The translations under genes and the position numbers were made by a program. Source: an uncultured bacterium (GTDB lineage Bacteria > Oederibacteriota > JAAXVQ01 > JAUVAV01). Taken from it: DNA of 64,000 nt. Location of the stretch: assembly GCA_963710755.1 (NCBI GenBank), contig CAVQBK010000003.1, positions 672,001 to 736,000 on the forward strand, written 5' to 3'. Below are positions 47,876 to 58,209 of the stretch, piece by piece. The notes under the pieces are model-generated. The model was not told the DNA's origin, made no database searches, and saw only the letters and a program-made list of their open reading frames with translations. How positions within the stretch are numbered: position 1 is the stretch's first letter; each line of letters starts with the position of its first letter.

Positions 47876-48442
47876 CTAGGAACAAACGGAATGCGGTTGA
47901 TAATGATGCTTGAGATTAGTGAGCAGGCTTAACAAGGTTTTAATCTTGTTTTGGTTGAGATGGTCGGTAGCCACAAATTTTTCCAGCAATTCTTTTTTTT
48001 CCACGATGGTTAAATAAGAAGCAGCCAGCGGGTAAAAAATTTCCTCCTCATCCTGTATGTGTTCTGCCAGCAAATGCTGGTATTTTTCCATGGTTCGCAA
48101 AAAGGTTCCGGTGGCTTGCCTTTTGCCGGCCTGCAATTGAGTTAGGGCATGACTGATTTTGGCCACCACCTGGCGGCCATGCATGTGTTCTTCCATAAGT
48201 TTCTTAATGGCTTCTTGGCCGGTTTTGCCTTCCATATGGACAATGGCCATGAACATGAATTCTTCTTCTTTTAAATGATGGATTGTCTCAGTGTAGCTTT
48301 GTAAGAAATCCACCAAATGTTCCACTTCCTGTAAACCCATTTTTTCCGGGCAACTCCTGAGACGCTCCATCATGGCATTCATGACGTTTAAGGCCTCTTT
48401 GATGGTGACGTGTTCTTTCATTAAATAAGATGATGGACTCAT
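47876..48442 (-). CDS. hemerythrin-like (HHE) domain protein
   Basis: EH..., HHLKEE, EH.., HIQDEE motifs. Confidence 0.9.
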   Translation of the reverse strand: MSPSSYLMKEHVTIKEALNVMNAMMERLRSCPEKMGLQEVEHLVDFLQSYTETIHHLKEEEFMFMAIVHMEGKTGQEAIKKLMEEHMHGRQVVAKISHALTQLQAGKRQATGTFLRTMEKYQHLLAEHIQDEEEIFYPLAASYLTIVEKKELLEKFVATDHLNQNKIKTLLSLLTNLKHHYQPHSVCS

Positions 48443-48639
48443 GATGAAAAATTCCTCTCTGAACTTTTGACGTTGGCGACGTACTTTTATTAGATTCCAC
48501 CGTAATTGTTAGACCACTGGGCTGGTTAAAAGGTTTAGCCTTGGTCAAAAGTGGAGGGCTACCACCTGTCGCTGTATTCCGGGCAGAAGAAAACAGCGAC
48601 AGGAAGCAGTTCGAGAGAAGGGTCAAAAAGCAGCAAAGA

Positions 48640-49356
48640 CTATTTAATAATATAGCTTAAATAAACGGTGGCCGTGATTCTGGTCTCGCCGGCTTCAATG
48701 GGTGTGCCTGCAGAGGCGGCTTTAACCATGGCGGCCTGGGGAGCATGAGGAAACCCGGCCGGCTCCTGGGATTGAGAACTGAGATTATACAGGGCACCCA
48801 ATTGCACTGATGCTGCTTGGGCCATGATCTGCGCCTTGGCCATGGCGTATTTGGTGGCCTTGGCCAAGGCTTGCTGGAGCAGGGCATTGGCATCCTTAAT
48901 GTAAAAATTAATGGTGGGGACTTGATTGGCACCGTGGGACAAGGCCGTGTCCACAATTTGGGAAGCAGTTAATGACAAGGCCTCCGGCTTCATGACTTCC
49001 AGGGTGAACGCCAGAGAATGTTGCACCCTGTAACCGATAATTTCCTGATGATCATTGTAATTACGTTGAGGATAAACCTGATAAGCTAGGGTTTTACTGA
49101 CCAGATTTTGCAGATGCATGTCGTTAATGGCGGCCAGTACGGCTGCTGCTTTGGTAGCGTTTTCCTTGTGAGCAGTCTCCAATTTTTTATTCTCAGTCAC
49201 AATGGACACCACCAAAGTGACTGAATCATTGGTGCCAATCACTTCGGCCGAGGCATTGGTTTGCAACAGCCGGTGTTCCTGGAGCTCAGCTCCCCGGACC
49301 GTGGTGGTGCCAATAGCGAATACGAGCAACAGGAGAAAAAATCTTGATTTTTTCAT
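48640..49356 (-). CDS. SIMPL (DUF541) domain exported protein
   Basis: Signal peptide; GANQV, AMAKAQIMA, TPIEAGE..ITATV. Confidence 0.88.
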   Translation of the reverse strand: MKKSRFFLLLLVFAIGTTTVRGAELQEHRLLQTNASAEVIGTNDSVTLVVSIVTENKKLETAHKENATKAAAVLAAINDMHLQNLVSKTLAYQVYPQRNYNDHQEIIGYRVQHSLAFTLEVMKPEALSLTASQIVDTALSHGANQVPTINFYIKDANALLQQALAKATKYAMAKAQIMAQAASVQLGALYNLSSQSQEPAGFPHAPQAAMVKAASAGTPIEAGETRITATVYLSYIIK

Positions 49357-49584
49357 GACAGCCTCCTTCAACCCTTGACCTATAAAGTGCTGACCAAGCT
49401 TATTGTACGGCATCCCCGGCCAGAATCAATGGAATAATGAAGGGGGCACGGGCAGGCAGGGACCCTTGATTTTAATGCCAAAACCGTCATGAAGGCTTGG
49501 AAAAATATTTTAAAATTGGGTTTAATTTGTCATAATGAGACTTTATCTTTCGCCTCTATTTGAGGGCGAGAAGGAGTATGCGCC

Positions 49585-50757
49585 ATGACGCTCTCTCAAA
49601 AAGGCTGGTATGGTGAATTCGGCGGCCGCTTTGCCCCGGAAGTTCTGATGCCGGCTGTTCAGGAATTGGAAGCCGCTTTTTCTCAAGCCTGGAAAGACCG
49701 GACCTTTAAGCAAGAGCTGGATGGGTTAAGAAAACATTATGCCGGCCGGCCCACAGCTCTGGACTATGCCGGACGTTGCACCCAGGCCTGGGGCGGTGCT
49801 CAGGTTTATTTGAAGCGAGAGGATCTTAATCATACGGGATCGCATAAGCTCAATAACTGTCTGGGCCAGATTTTATTGGCCATGCGCATGGGCAAAAAGC
49901 GTATCATTGCCGAGACCGGGGCCGGTCAGCATGGGGTGGCCACAGCCACGGTCTGTGCCCGCTTTGGACTTAAATGCGTGGTGTATATGGGTACGGAGGA
50001 CATGGCGCGCCAAGCCCTCAATGTTTATCGTATGCGCTTGCTGGGCGCTGAGGTTCGGGGGGTGGATTCAGGCAGTAAAACCCTGAAAGATGCCATGAAT
50101 GAAGCCATACGCGACTGGATAACCAATGTGAAAAACACCTATTATCTTATTGGCACAGTGGCGGGATTTGATCCCTATCCCCGCATGGTGCGTGCCTTTC
50201 AGGCTATTATTGGCACTGAAGCCAGACAGCAAATGTTGCGTCAAGTTGGACGGCTGCCCGATACCGTGGTGGCCTGCGTGGGCGGTGGCAGCAATGCCAT
50301 GGGCATTTTCTCGGGATTTCTGAAAGATTCCAAAGTCAAACTCATAGGTGTGGAAGCCGGTGGACTAGGACTGGCTACCGGCCATCATGCCGCACCCCTA
50401 AATCGGGGCAGTATCGGCGTCTTGCACGGGAGCCGCAGCTATGTCATGCAGGACAAGCACGGCCAGATTTTAACGGCCCATTCCGTAGCCGCAGGCTTGG
50501 ATTATCCGGGCGTGGGACCAGAATTGTCCTACTTGAAAGACACAGGCCGGGCTCAATTTGTGGCTGTCACGGATCAGCAAGCGTTACAAGCCCAAGTGGA
50601 ATTATCCCGGCTGGAGGGAATCATTCCAGCCACGGAAAGCGCCCACGCTATTGCCTACGGCAAACGTCTTGCCAAAACCATGTCCAAGAAGTCTGTGCTA
50701 CTCATTAATGTCTCAGGCCGGGGGGATAAAGATTTGAGACCGGAGGCCCAGTCATGA
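49585..50757 (+). CDS. trpB: tryptophan synthase beta chain
   Basis: [39 protein letters not shown]. Confidence 0.98.
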   Translation: MTLSQKGWYGEFGGRFAPEVLMPAVQELEAAFSQAWKDRTFKQELDGLRKHYAGRPTALDYAGRCTQAWGGAQVYLKREDLNHTGSHKLNNCLGQILLAMRMGKKRIIAETGAGQHGVATATVCARFGLKCVVYMGTEDMARQALNVYRMRLLGAEVRGVDSGSKTLKDAMNEAIRDWITNVKNTYYLIGTVAGFDPYPRMVRAFQAIIGTEARQQMLRQVGRLPDTVVACVGGGSNAMGIFSGFLKDSKVKLIGVEAGGLGLATGHHAAPLNRGSIGVLHGSRSYVMQDKHGQILTAHSVAAGLDYPGVGPELSYLKDTGRAQFVAVTDQQALQAQVELSRLEGIIPATESAHAIAYGKRLAKTMSKKSVLLINVSGRGDKDLRPEAQS

Positions 50758-51554
50758 GTGTACGTTTGCTGAATCAATTTGGGAAGGAACGGGCCGCAGG
50801 CCGGCATCTGTTCGTGCCCTTTATCACGGCCGGGGACCGTGGCTTGGGATTTACAAAAAAAGCCATTGCCATGCTCAGCGATTGCGGGGCCGATGCCATT
50901 GAATTGGGGGTTCCCTTTTCCGATCCCCTGGCCGATGGTCCGGTGATTCAGCAGTCTTCCCAGCGGGCGCTGGCCAAGGGCACCACTTTGGAAGCCATCC
51001 TGGAGATGGTCAAGGAAGTCCGAAGCCGTAGTTCCGTTCCTTTGGTGCTGATGGGCTACCTCAATCCCTTTTTACAGCCTTCCTTGGCCGTAAACTTGAA
51101 AAAAATCCACCTTGCCGGAGTGGATGGAATGATCATTCCCGACCTGCCGCTCGAAGAAGCTGGCCCGGAATTGGCGATGGCGCGGCAATGGGAACTGGAC
51201 ACTATTTTTCTGGCCACGCCGACCAGTACGGAAGAGCGGTTAAAAGCCATTGGCCGTTTATCGACTGGATATGTCTACTATGTGTCCGTTACCGGCACTA
51301 CCGGCGCCCGAACCCAGCTCCCGCAGGGTGTGGCAGCCGGGGTCAGTCGCCTACGGCAATACACTTCTTTGCCTGTGCTGGTGGGGTTTGGCATCAGCAC
51401 CCCAGTTCAGGCCCGAGCCATGACCAAGGCTGCTGATGGCGTGATCGTAGGCAGTGCTTTGGTAAGGGCCATGGCTGAGGCTAAGACGGATCAGGCTGCC
51501 TTGAAGAAATTGGGAGATCTGGCCCGAGCTATTGCAGTAGCCGTTAAAAAATAA
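50754..51554 (+). CDS. trpA: tryptophan synthase alpha chain
   Basis: [33 protein letters not shown]. Confidence 0.98.
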   Translation: MSVRLLNQFGKERAAGRHLFVPFITAGDRGLGFTKKAIAMLSDCGADAIELGVPFSDPLADGPVIQQSSQRALAKGTTLEAILEMVKEVRSRSSVPLVLMGYLNPFLQPSLAVNLKKIHLAGVDGMIIPDLPLEEAGPELAMARQWELDTIFLATPTSTEERLKAIGRLSTGYVYYVSVTGTTGARTQLPQGVAAGVSRLRQYTSLPVLVGFGISTPVQARAMTKAADGVIVGSALVRAMAEAKTDQAALKKLGDLARAIAVAVKK

Positions 51555-51724
51555 GTGGAGAAGGATGCTGATTTTTGCTAGACTTGATGTTCATCGCCTA
51601 AATAAGACAGCATCATTCCTGCGGCGTTACCCAGCCGCCGCCCTTCTTTTGGGGTGGTCAGGATGCGGTATAGACTGGGTTCTGCAGGTTATCAAAGAAA
51701 AAGACTTAAAAGGATGGAACAGCA

Positions 51725-52570
51725 ATGGATTGGTTTAAAAGACCTAAATATATGACTGTGCGCGTCACCAGCAAGAAAAAAGCGGATATTCCCGATAATT
51801 TGGTAACCCGCTGTACTTCCTGCAGTGAAGTTATATTTAACAAAGATATAGAAAACAATCTGAGAACCTGCCCCAAGTGCAACCACCATTTCTATATGCC
51901 GCCCAGGGAACGGGTGAAACTTCTGTCCGATTCAGGTGAATTGTTGGAAGAGTTGTCAGGCCGTTTAAAAGCCTCCGATCCCCTTCAGTTTGAAGGATAC
52001 CAGTCTAAATTGGAAAAAGGCAGAAAGAAAACAGGGCTACAAGATGCCATCCTGACCGGACTATGTGAGATCGGCGGTGTTAAAACGGCTTTGGCCATTA
52101 CGGATTTTGCATTTATGGGCGGCTCCATGGGTTCGGTCATGGGCGAGGAAATCGCCCGTTTGATTGAGCGGGCTATTGCCGACCATCTGCCCTTGGTCAT
52201 TGTCTCTGCCTCCGGTGGTGGTGCCAGAATGCAGGAAGGCATCATCTCGTTGATGCAAATGGCCAAGACCTCGGCCGCTCTGGCCAAACTGGCCCAGAAA
52301 AAGCTTCCATATATTGCTGTCCTGACCAATCCCACCGGCGGCGGTGTTACCGCCAGTTATGCTATGCTGGGGGATATAATTATGGCTGAACCTAATGCCC
52401 TGATTATGTTTGCCGGTCCGCGGGTTATTGAACAAACCATTCGCCAACATTTGCCCAAGCGCTTTCAGCGTTCCGAATTTCTGCTTGAACATGGTATGCT
52501 GGACATGATTGTTAAACGGCAAGATATGAAACAGACTTTGGCCCGGTTGTTAAAAATACGCGTGTCATGA
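51725..52570 (+). CDS. accD: acetyl-CoA carboxylase carboxyltransferase beta
   Basis: Zn finger CTSC..CPKC; FMGGSMG; GGARMQEG; FAGPRVI. Confidence 0.97.
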   Translation: MDWFKRPKYMTVRVTSKKKADIPDNLVTRCTSCSEVIFNKDIENNLRTCPKCNHHFYMPPRERVKLLSDSGELLEELSGRLKASDPLQFEGYQSKLEKGRKKTGLQDAILTGLCEIGGVKTALAITDFAFMGGSMGSVMGEEIARLIERAIADHLPLVIVSASGGGARMQEGIISLMQMAKTSAALAKLAQKKLPYIAVLTNPTGGGVTASYAMLGDIIMAEPNALIMFAGPRVIEQTIRQHLPKRFQRSEFLLEHGMLDMIVKRQDMKQTLARLLKIRVS

Positions 52571-53904
52571 CCTTTAAGGACGTCCGGCGCGCCCTGACGC
52601 AATGGACAGTCCAGGCCATTAAGCCGGGACTTGCTCGTACCCAAGCCCTTCTGAAATTATGTGGCCACCCTGACCGTCACTTTCCTACCATCCAAGTGGC
52701 CGGCACCAATGGTAAAGGGTCGGTTACCATAATGCTCTCCTCTATTTTAACGGAGGCGGGTTATAAAACCGGTTGCTATAGTTCCCCCCATTTAATCACA
52801 GAAAAAGAGCGCATTATTATCAATCAAAAACCTGTTTCCACGCCGCTGCTGGTTCAAAGTGCCCAAGTGTTGTTACCGGCGTTACAGACCATGATGCAAC
52901 AAGGCCGTCCGGTCACGACCTTCGAAGCCTGGACAGTTTTGGCGGCCTTGGTTTTTGCCCAGGCCCAGGTTAAGGTGGCGGTCATTGAAGTGGGGCTGGG
53001 TGGCCGGTTTGATGCCACCACGGCCCTGAGCCATAGAATGCTGACACTGCTTACCAATATAAATCTTGATCATACGGCGTTTCTCGGTGCCACTAAGGCA
53101 GAAATTTGTTTTGAGAAAATGGGGATTGCCAAAAAAGGGGTGCCTTTGCTTAGCAGTGAACAGGACCCTGCAGTCCGGCGATGTATGCACACTCTGGCCA
53201 AGACCAAAGGAGCACCGCTGTATTTTTGCGGGTCCTGGAGCAAAGATAGGATTCAACTGCTGGAGCAGCGGGATGTTCAAGACGGTTGCCAGGTCCGTCT
53301 GCAGGGACCATGGCCAAAACCATGGTTATTAACTGCAGCATTGCATGGCAGTTTTCAAGCGCTCAATATCAGTCTGGCCGTGATGGCCGCCCAATGGCTG
53401 GAGGAGCAAGGCTGGGAAATTTCCCGTCCAAAGATGGAAGAAGGATTACATCGGGTGGTGTGGCCGGGACGAATGGAACAACTGTATGCCCACCCCCGGG
53501 TTGTTTTGGATGGAGGCCACAATCCGTCGGCTATAGCGGCCGTGCTCAAGGCGCTTCATCCCCGGCCTCAAAGCATTACTCTTGTATTGGGGATGATGAA
53601 AGATAAAGCGGCCGCTGAGATGGTCGCCAGCCTGGCCCCCTGGGTGCGCCAAGCCTGGGTGTTTCCGTCTCCTTATAAGCAACGCGGGTTGGACCCCGGT
53701 CAATTGGCTGCCATGTTGGAATCCCACGGGGTCTATGTCATTAGCAGAGGTTCCCTTAAACAAGCGGTAATGCAAGCAATAAATGCAACACCTAAAAGCG
53801 GATGGGTGCTTATTATAGGATCTTTATACCATATTGCCGCCGCTCGCAAGGCGGTGCACCAATGGCAAAGGCACCCAATGGCCGGGTCAAGCCCTAATGA
53901 TTGA
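52567..53904 (+). CDS. folC: folylpolyglutamate/dihydrofolate synthase
   Basis: VAGTNGKGS, SPHL, EVGLGGRFDAT, WPGR, DGGHN, GSLY. Confidence 0.96.
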   Translation: MTFKDVRRALTQWTVQAIKPGLARTQALLKLCGHPDRHFPTIQVAGTNGKGSVTIMLSSILTEAGYKTGCYSSPHLITEKERIIINQKPVSTPLLVQSAQVLLPALQTMMQQGRPVTTFEAWTVLAALVFAQAQVKVAVIEVGLGGRFDATTALSHRMLTLLTNINLDHTAFLGATKAEICFEKMGIAKKGVPLLSSEQDPAVRRCMHTLAKTKGAPLYFCGSWSKDRIQLLEQRDVQDGCQVRLQGPWPKPWLLTAALHGSFQALNISLAVMAAQWLEEQGWEISRPKMEEGLHRVVWPGRMEQLYAHPRVVLDGGHNPSAIAAVLKALHPRPQSITLVLGMMKDKAAAEMVASLAPWVRQAWVFPSPYKQRGLDPGQLAAMLESHGVYVISRGSLKQAVMQAINATPKSGWVLIIGSLYHIAAARKAVHQWQRHPMAGSSPND

Positions 53905-53929
53905 CAGCCGAAACTTCATTGGGTATACT
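53901..53929 (+). promoter_or_regulatory. near-consensus sigma70 promoter
   Basis: TTGACA-17nt-TATACT. Confidence 0.75.
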
Positions 53930-53958
53930 TAAGCATTCATGCTGTGGCGGGAGGGGAT

Positions 53959-54633
53959 ATGCAAGTCCTGGCTTGGATAATAGTTTTTATTGGGCTGTGG
54001 CTATCAACCAGTTATGCTGAATCTTATCAGCAAATTATGGCGATTCAGCATGCTCAATTATATGGGGATAAAATTGCCCTGCCTGACACATCACGCCAGC
54101 AAGTAGTCAGTCAGGGTCAGGAATATATACGCAATATGTTACGGGAACAAATGTTGAAATCTGTACCCCGGGCTTGGCTCAATGGCAGCTGGTTGCTCTC
54201 CAATGAGGACCAGGCGCATGCCGGGGTGGAAACCAATCTGACCAGGAAGCTGTGGGGAAATGATTGGCCCATGGATATGGTGGTCAGGGTCTATGCTGAT
54301 GAAGATATTAATCATTATTTGACCTGCGGCTGGTGCTTACCGGTGGAAATGGAAATGGAAACCAGCTACCAGATGACCAAGCAGGTAAGATTAAATGCCA
54401 AAGTTGATGCGCCGTTGAACAGTTTACTCAGACTGCAGGTGGGATCTGAAATGACCTGGTCTGATCTTATATCTTCCCATTTCACCTATAGTGTAAGCAA
54501 TGGCAGCGAGAGTTATGACGGTGTTTCCTTGGCCATTGGGGTAAACCTTTCTTCCTGGAAGTTGAAATTCAATTATGACATGGACGCCCATTTTACCCAG
54601 CTCCACTATTTGTCCTTGGCACGTAAATTTTAG
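53959..54633 (+). CDS. putative outer-membrane beta-barrel protein
   Basis: Signal peptide; alternating amphipathic strands; C-terminal HYLSLARKF ending in Phe. Confidence 0.6.
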   Translation: MQVLAWIIVFIGLWLSTSYAESYQQIMAIQHAQLYGDKIALPDTSRQQVVSQGQEYIRNMLREQMLKSVPRAWLNGSWLLSNEDQAHAGVETNLTRKLWGNDWPMDMVVRVYADEDINHYLTCGWCLPVEMEMETSYQMTKQVRLNAKVDAPLNSLLRLQVGSEMTWSDLISSHFTYSVSNGSESYDGVSLAIGVNLSSWKLKFNYDMDAHFTQLHYLSLARKF

Positions 54634-54721
54634 ACCAGCCCTGCTTTACCCACGTCCTTTACCATTCTCTGAGCGGATCATGATTTTCTTTTAAAATCAA
54701 GTGCAATACCGGTGCAGCGCA

Positions 54722-54750
54722 TTGACAAGGCCAGGGGCCTATGCTACATT
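54722..54750 (+). promoter_or_regulatory. putative sigma70 promoter of the lysA-dap cluster
   Basis: TTGACA-17nt-TACATT with extended -10 TG. Confidence 0.65.
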
Positions 54751-54811
54751 TCCTATTTTATACCCGTCCTGGCAGACGGGGAATTATTTTTAAGCCTGGA
54801 GGCAGTCAGCC

Positions 54812-56068
54812 ATGGACGAATTTAAGTTTAAAAAAGGGCAATTGTATTGTGAACAGGTGCCTGTGGCGGACGTGGTTAAAACCTATGGCACACCCGTATA
54901 TCTGTATAGCCAACAGACCATCCTGAGTCATTTTAGAAAGATCCAGCATGCATTTGCGGCTATTGAGCCTTTAATCTGTTATTCCGTTAAGGCCAATTCC
55001 AACCTTTCCATTTTAAGGTTGTTGGCCCGGGAAGGTTCAGGTTTTGACATTGTCTCTCAGGGGGAGTTGATCCGCGGGCAACAGGTGGGTGTTCCGGCTA
55101 CAAAAATTGTATACGCCGGTGTAGGCAAAACGGAAAAGGAAATTGCAGCAGCCCTTAAAGCTGGTATCTTGATGTTCAATGTCGAATCGGAACCAGAAGC
55201 ACGGTTGATCAATCAGGTGGCCGCCCGTTTAAAGAAAATAGCCCGAGTGGCTTTTAGAATCAATCCGGATGTTGATGCCAAGACTCATCACTATATTACC
55301 ACCGGTAAAAAAGAGAACAAATTCGGACTCTCCATTCCCCTGGCGATGGATTTGTTTCGCACCACCAGACGTCTGGCTCATTTGCAGCCCGTGGGTGTCC
55401 ATGTGCATATCGGGTCGCAAATCACCACCGTAACACCCTACTTGCAGGCCATTAAGAAAATGCAAGGGGTTATTCAGGACTTGCGGGGACAAGGATTTGA
55501 TATTCAGTATTTCAATATCGGCGGCGGCCTGGGGATTATCTATGACGAAGAGCGGCCGCAAACAGCCGATGAATTCGCCCAAGCCGTTATCCCGCTGCTC
55601 ACCCCCTTGGGGTGTAAAGTGATTCTGGAGCCAGGACGGTTCATTGTGGGTAACGCCGGTATTTTAGTGACCACCGTTCAATATGTTAAAAAAGGTCATT
55701 TGAAATCCTTCGCCATTGTGGATGGCGGCATGAATGATTTAATCAGGCCCAGCCTTTACGGCGCTTATCATCATATCGTGCCGGTGAAGCAAAAGAAAAC
55801 AACGGCGCCCATGTTAACCGATATCGTAGGGCCTATTTGCGAATCCGGTGATTTTTTAGGTAAAGACAGGCATTTGCCGGTGCTCAAGTCCGGGGACTTG
55901 CTGGCCGTGCGCAGCTGCGGTGCCTATGGCATGGTGATGGCCTCCAATTATAACTCCCGGCCCCGACCGGCCGAAGTCATGGTGGATGGCAGCAGGGTTA
56001 AAGTGATTAAAAAACGTGAAACTATGGAAAATTTACTGGCTTTGGAAATTGAGGCCGTAAAAAAATAA
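54812..56068 (+). CDS. lysA: diaminopimelate decarboxylase
   Basis: YSVKAN, HIGSQI, EPGRF, GPICESGD, SNYNSR. Confidence 0.97.
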   Translation: MDEFKFKKGQLYCEQVPVADVVKTYGTPVYLYSQQTILSHFRKIQHAFAAIEPLICYSVKANSNLSILRLLAREGSGFDIVSQGELIRGQQVGVPATKIVYAGVGKTEKEIAAALKAGILMFNVESEPEARLINQVAARLKKIARVAFRINPDVDAKTHHYITTGKKENKFGLSIPLAMDLFRTTRRLAHLQPVGVHVHIGSQITTVTPYLQAIKKMQGVIQDLRGQGFDIQYFNIGGGLGIIYDEERPQTADEFAQAVIPLLTPLGCKVILEPGRFIVGNAGILVTTVQYVKKGHLKSFAIVDGGMNDLIRPSLYGAYHHIVPVKQKKTTAPMLTDIVGPICESGDFLGKDRHLPVLKSGDLLAVRSCGAYGMVMASNYNSRPRPAEVMVDGSRVKVIKKRETMENLLALEIEAVKK

Positions 56069-56096
56069 GACCGTCTGTCAAGAAAAGAGTGAGGCT

Positions 56097-56948
56097 ATGG
56101 AAACTTGGACTTTTGCCAAAATGTCAGGCGCCGGCAATGACTTTATTGTTATTGACAACCGGCAGGGACAATTCGACAGCACGGATAGGACGTTGATCCG
56201 GCAATTATGCACGCGCCGTCTCTCCGTGGGGGCCGATGGCTTAATGTTGCTTTCAACGACCGCCCAGGCGGATTTTAGTATGACCTATTTTAATGCCGAC
56301 GGATCCCAGGCTGCCATGTGCGGCAATGGTGGCAGATGCATTGCCCGTTTCGCGGTCTTACTCGGCATCGTGGCTGACGGGGCATCCATGGAATTTATTG
56401 CCCCCTCCGGCCGTTACCAGGCCGTGGTTTCGGGTATGCAGGTGGATTTGAAGCTTATTCCACCACCCGTCGTCCCTGCAGCGGTCATGGTCAATATTGA
56501 CGGGCAACCGGTTGCTTTGGATGTCACCGACACCGGGGTACCCCATGCGGTCATGGTGGTACCCAAGGTTGAGTTAGTGGATGTGGAGCGCTTAGGGCGG
56601 TTGATCAGAACCCATCCTCAATTTCAACCGCATGGCGTTAACGCCAATTTTATCGAAATCGTTGATGATCATACCCTCAAGATCAGAACTTATGAACGGG
56701 GTGTGGAAGGTGAGACCCTGGCGTGCGGCACCGGCGCTGCGGCCGCGGCGTTGATTGCAGCCACTAAAGGACTGGTGATCAGTCCGGTTAAAGCCATTAC
56801 CAAAAGCACGGCGGTGTTGGAAATGACCTTGGCCATGGAGGCTGGCTTGACCACCCTGCTCCGGCAAAAAGGGGAAGCCCGCCTAATCTATTGGGGCGAG
56901 GGCCATCGGGAAGCTTGGGCGTTTTCAGCATCAGCTCCGATTGTCTGA
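56097..56948 (+). CDS. dapF: diaminopimelate epimerase
   Basis: GAGNDF, MCGNGGRC, GVPH, YERGVE.ETLACGTG. Confidence 0.97.
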   Translation: METWTFAKMSGAGNDFIVIDNRQGQFDSTDRTLIRQLCTRRLSVGADGLMLLSTTAQADFSMTYFNADGSQAAMCGNGGRCIARFAVLLGIVADGASMEFIAPSGRYQAVVSGMQVDLKLIPPPVVPAAVMVNIDGQPVALDVTDTGVPHAVMVVPKVELVDVERLGRLIRTHPQFQPHGVNANFIEIVDDHTLKIRTYERGVEGETLACGTGAAAAALIAATKGLVISPVKAITKSTAVLEMTLAMEAGLTTLLRQKGEARLIYWGEGHREAWAFSASAPIV

Positions 56949-57067
56949 TCTCATAGCCACAATACCTTTGATAGGGACGGCATGCATTAGAATTATCTCC
57001 CTGTTTCACTTCTCAAGTGAACGGTCTCCGGGCAAGCCCGGGGAAGGATGGGAACCTGTTAAAAAAT

Positions 57068-57100
57068 AGTGCAGGCAGCGGCATGGCCGCTGCCTGCACT
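57068..57100. repeat. perfect 15-bp inverted repeat upstream of dapA
   Basis: AGTGCAGGCAGCGGC-atg-GCCGCTGCCTGCACT, preceded by A6T. Confidence 0.8.
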
Positions 57101-57123
57101 CAGTATTGGTACGAGGAGGAGAA

Positions 57124-57999
57124 ATGGTCACAGGATCCATGGTAGCTTTGATCACCCCTTTCCAGGATGATCGCGTTGATGAAGGAACATTAAAAAAATT
57201 AATCGATTTTCAAATTGAAAATGGTACGGATGTTATCGTGCCTTGCGGCACCACGGGGGAATCGGCCACCTTGTCCAACGAGGAACACCATCAGGTGATC
57301 GATATCACCGTGGCCCAAGTCAACAAGCGCGTTCCCGTGATTGCTGGAACAGGGTCGAATAGCACCACCGAAGCCATTGCCATGACCAAGGCCGCCAAAG
57401 CCGCCGGTGCCGATGCCTCCTTGTCTGTGGTGCCTTATTACAATAAACCCACGCAAGAGGGTGTTTACCGGCATTATATGACCATTGCCGAAAAAACCGA
57501 TTTTCCCTTTGTACTCTATAATATTCAAGGCCGAACGGGCATTAATGTTCTGCCGGAAACAGTGGCCCGTATTGCCCAAGCCTGCCCGCTCTTGGTGGGG
57601 GTTAAGGAAGCATCGGGCAACTTGGAACAAATCAGCCGATTGCATAGGCTCGTTGGCAACAAAGTGGCTATTTTAAGTGGTGATGATGCCCTCACCCTAC
57701 CGGTAATGGCCATTGGTGGCGACGGGGTGATTTCCGTAGTGGCCAATATTGCGCCCAGGCAAACCAAAGCCTTGGTGCAAGCCTGGAACGACGGTCGCGT
57801 GCAGGAAGCTTTAAGCTTGCATGAGCAGTTGATGCCTCTGGTCAAGGCCTTGTTCCTGGAGAGCAATCCCGGTCCGGTGAAAAAAGCGGCCTCTTTAATG
57901 GGACTATGCGGCCAGGCCTTAAGGTTGCCTATGGTGGAACCCAGTTCTTCCACAGTTGAAATTTTAGAAAAGGAAATGCGACAGCTGGGTCTGCTTTAA
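57124..57999 (+). CDS. dapA: 4-hydroxy-tetrahydrodipicolinate synthase
   Basis: CGTTGES, PYYNKP, LYN..GRTG, VKEASG, SGDD. Confidence 0.97.
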   Translation: MVTGSMVALITPFQDDRVDEGTLKKLIDFQIENGTDVIVPCGTTGESATLSNEEHHQVIDITVAQVNKRVPVIAGTGSNSTTEAIAMTKAAKAAGADASLSVVPYYNKPTQEGVYRHYMTIAEKTDFPFVLYNIQGRTGINVLPETVARIAQACPLLVGVKEASGNLEQISRLHRLVGNKVAILSGDDALTLPVMAIGGDGVISVVANIAPRQTKALVQAWNDGRVQEALSLHEQLMPLVKALFLESNPGPVKKAASLMGLCGQALRLPMVEPSSSTVEILEKEMRQLGLL

Positions 58000-58209
58000 T
58001 ACGTTTTCCTTCATCCCCGGGGAAGAAGGAAAAATAAAAAAATCCACTCTTATAAAATTCCCTGCGGTTTGCGCAGGTAATTTTAATCAGGCCAGGAGCA
58101 TGACAACAGCCGGAGATTTTATTGACGGCCAGTGCAGGAATGGAAAAGAATCACCGCAGGGAAAGGTCGCGACCATTTTTGCCACCAGAATAGGGACAGG
58201 GAGGTTGAA

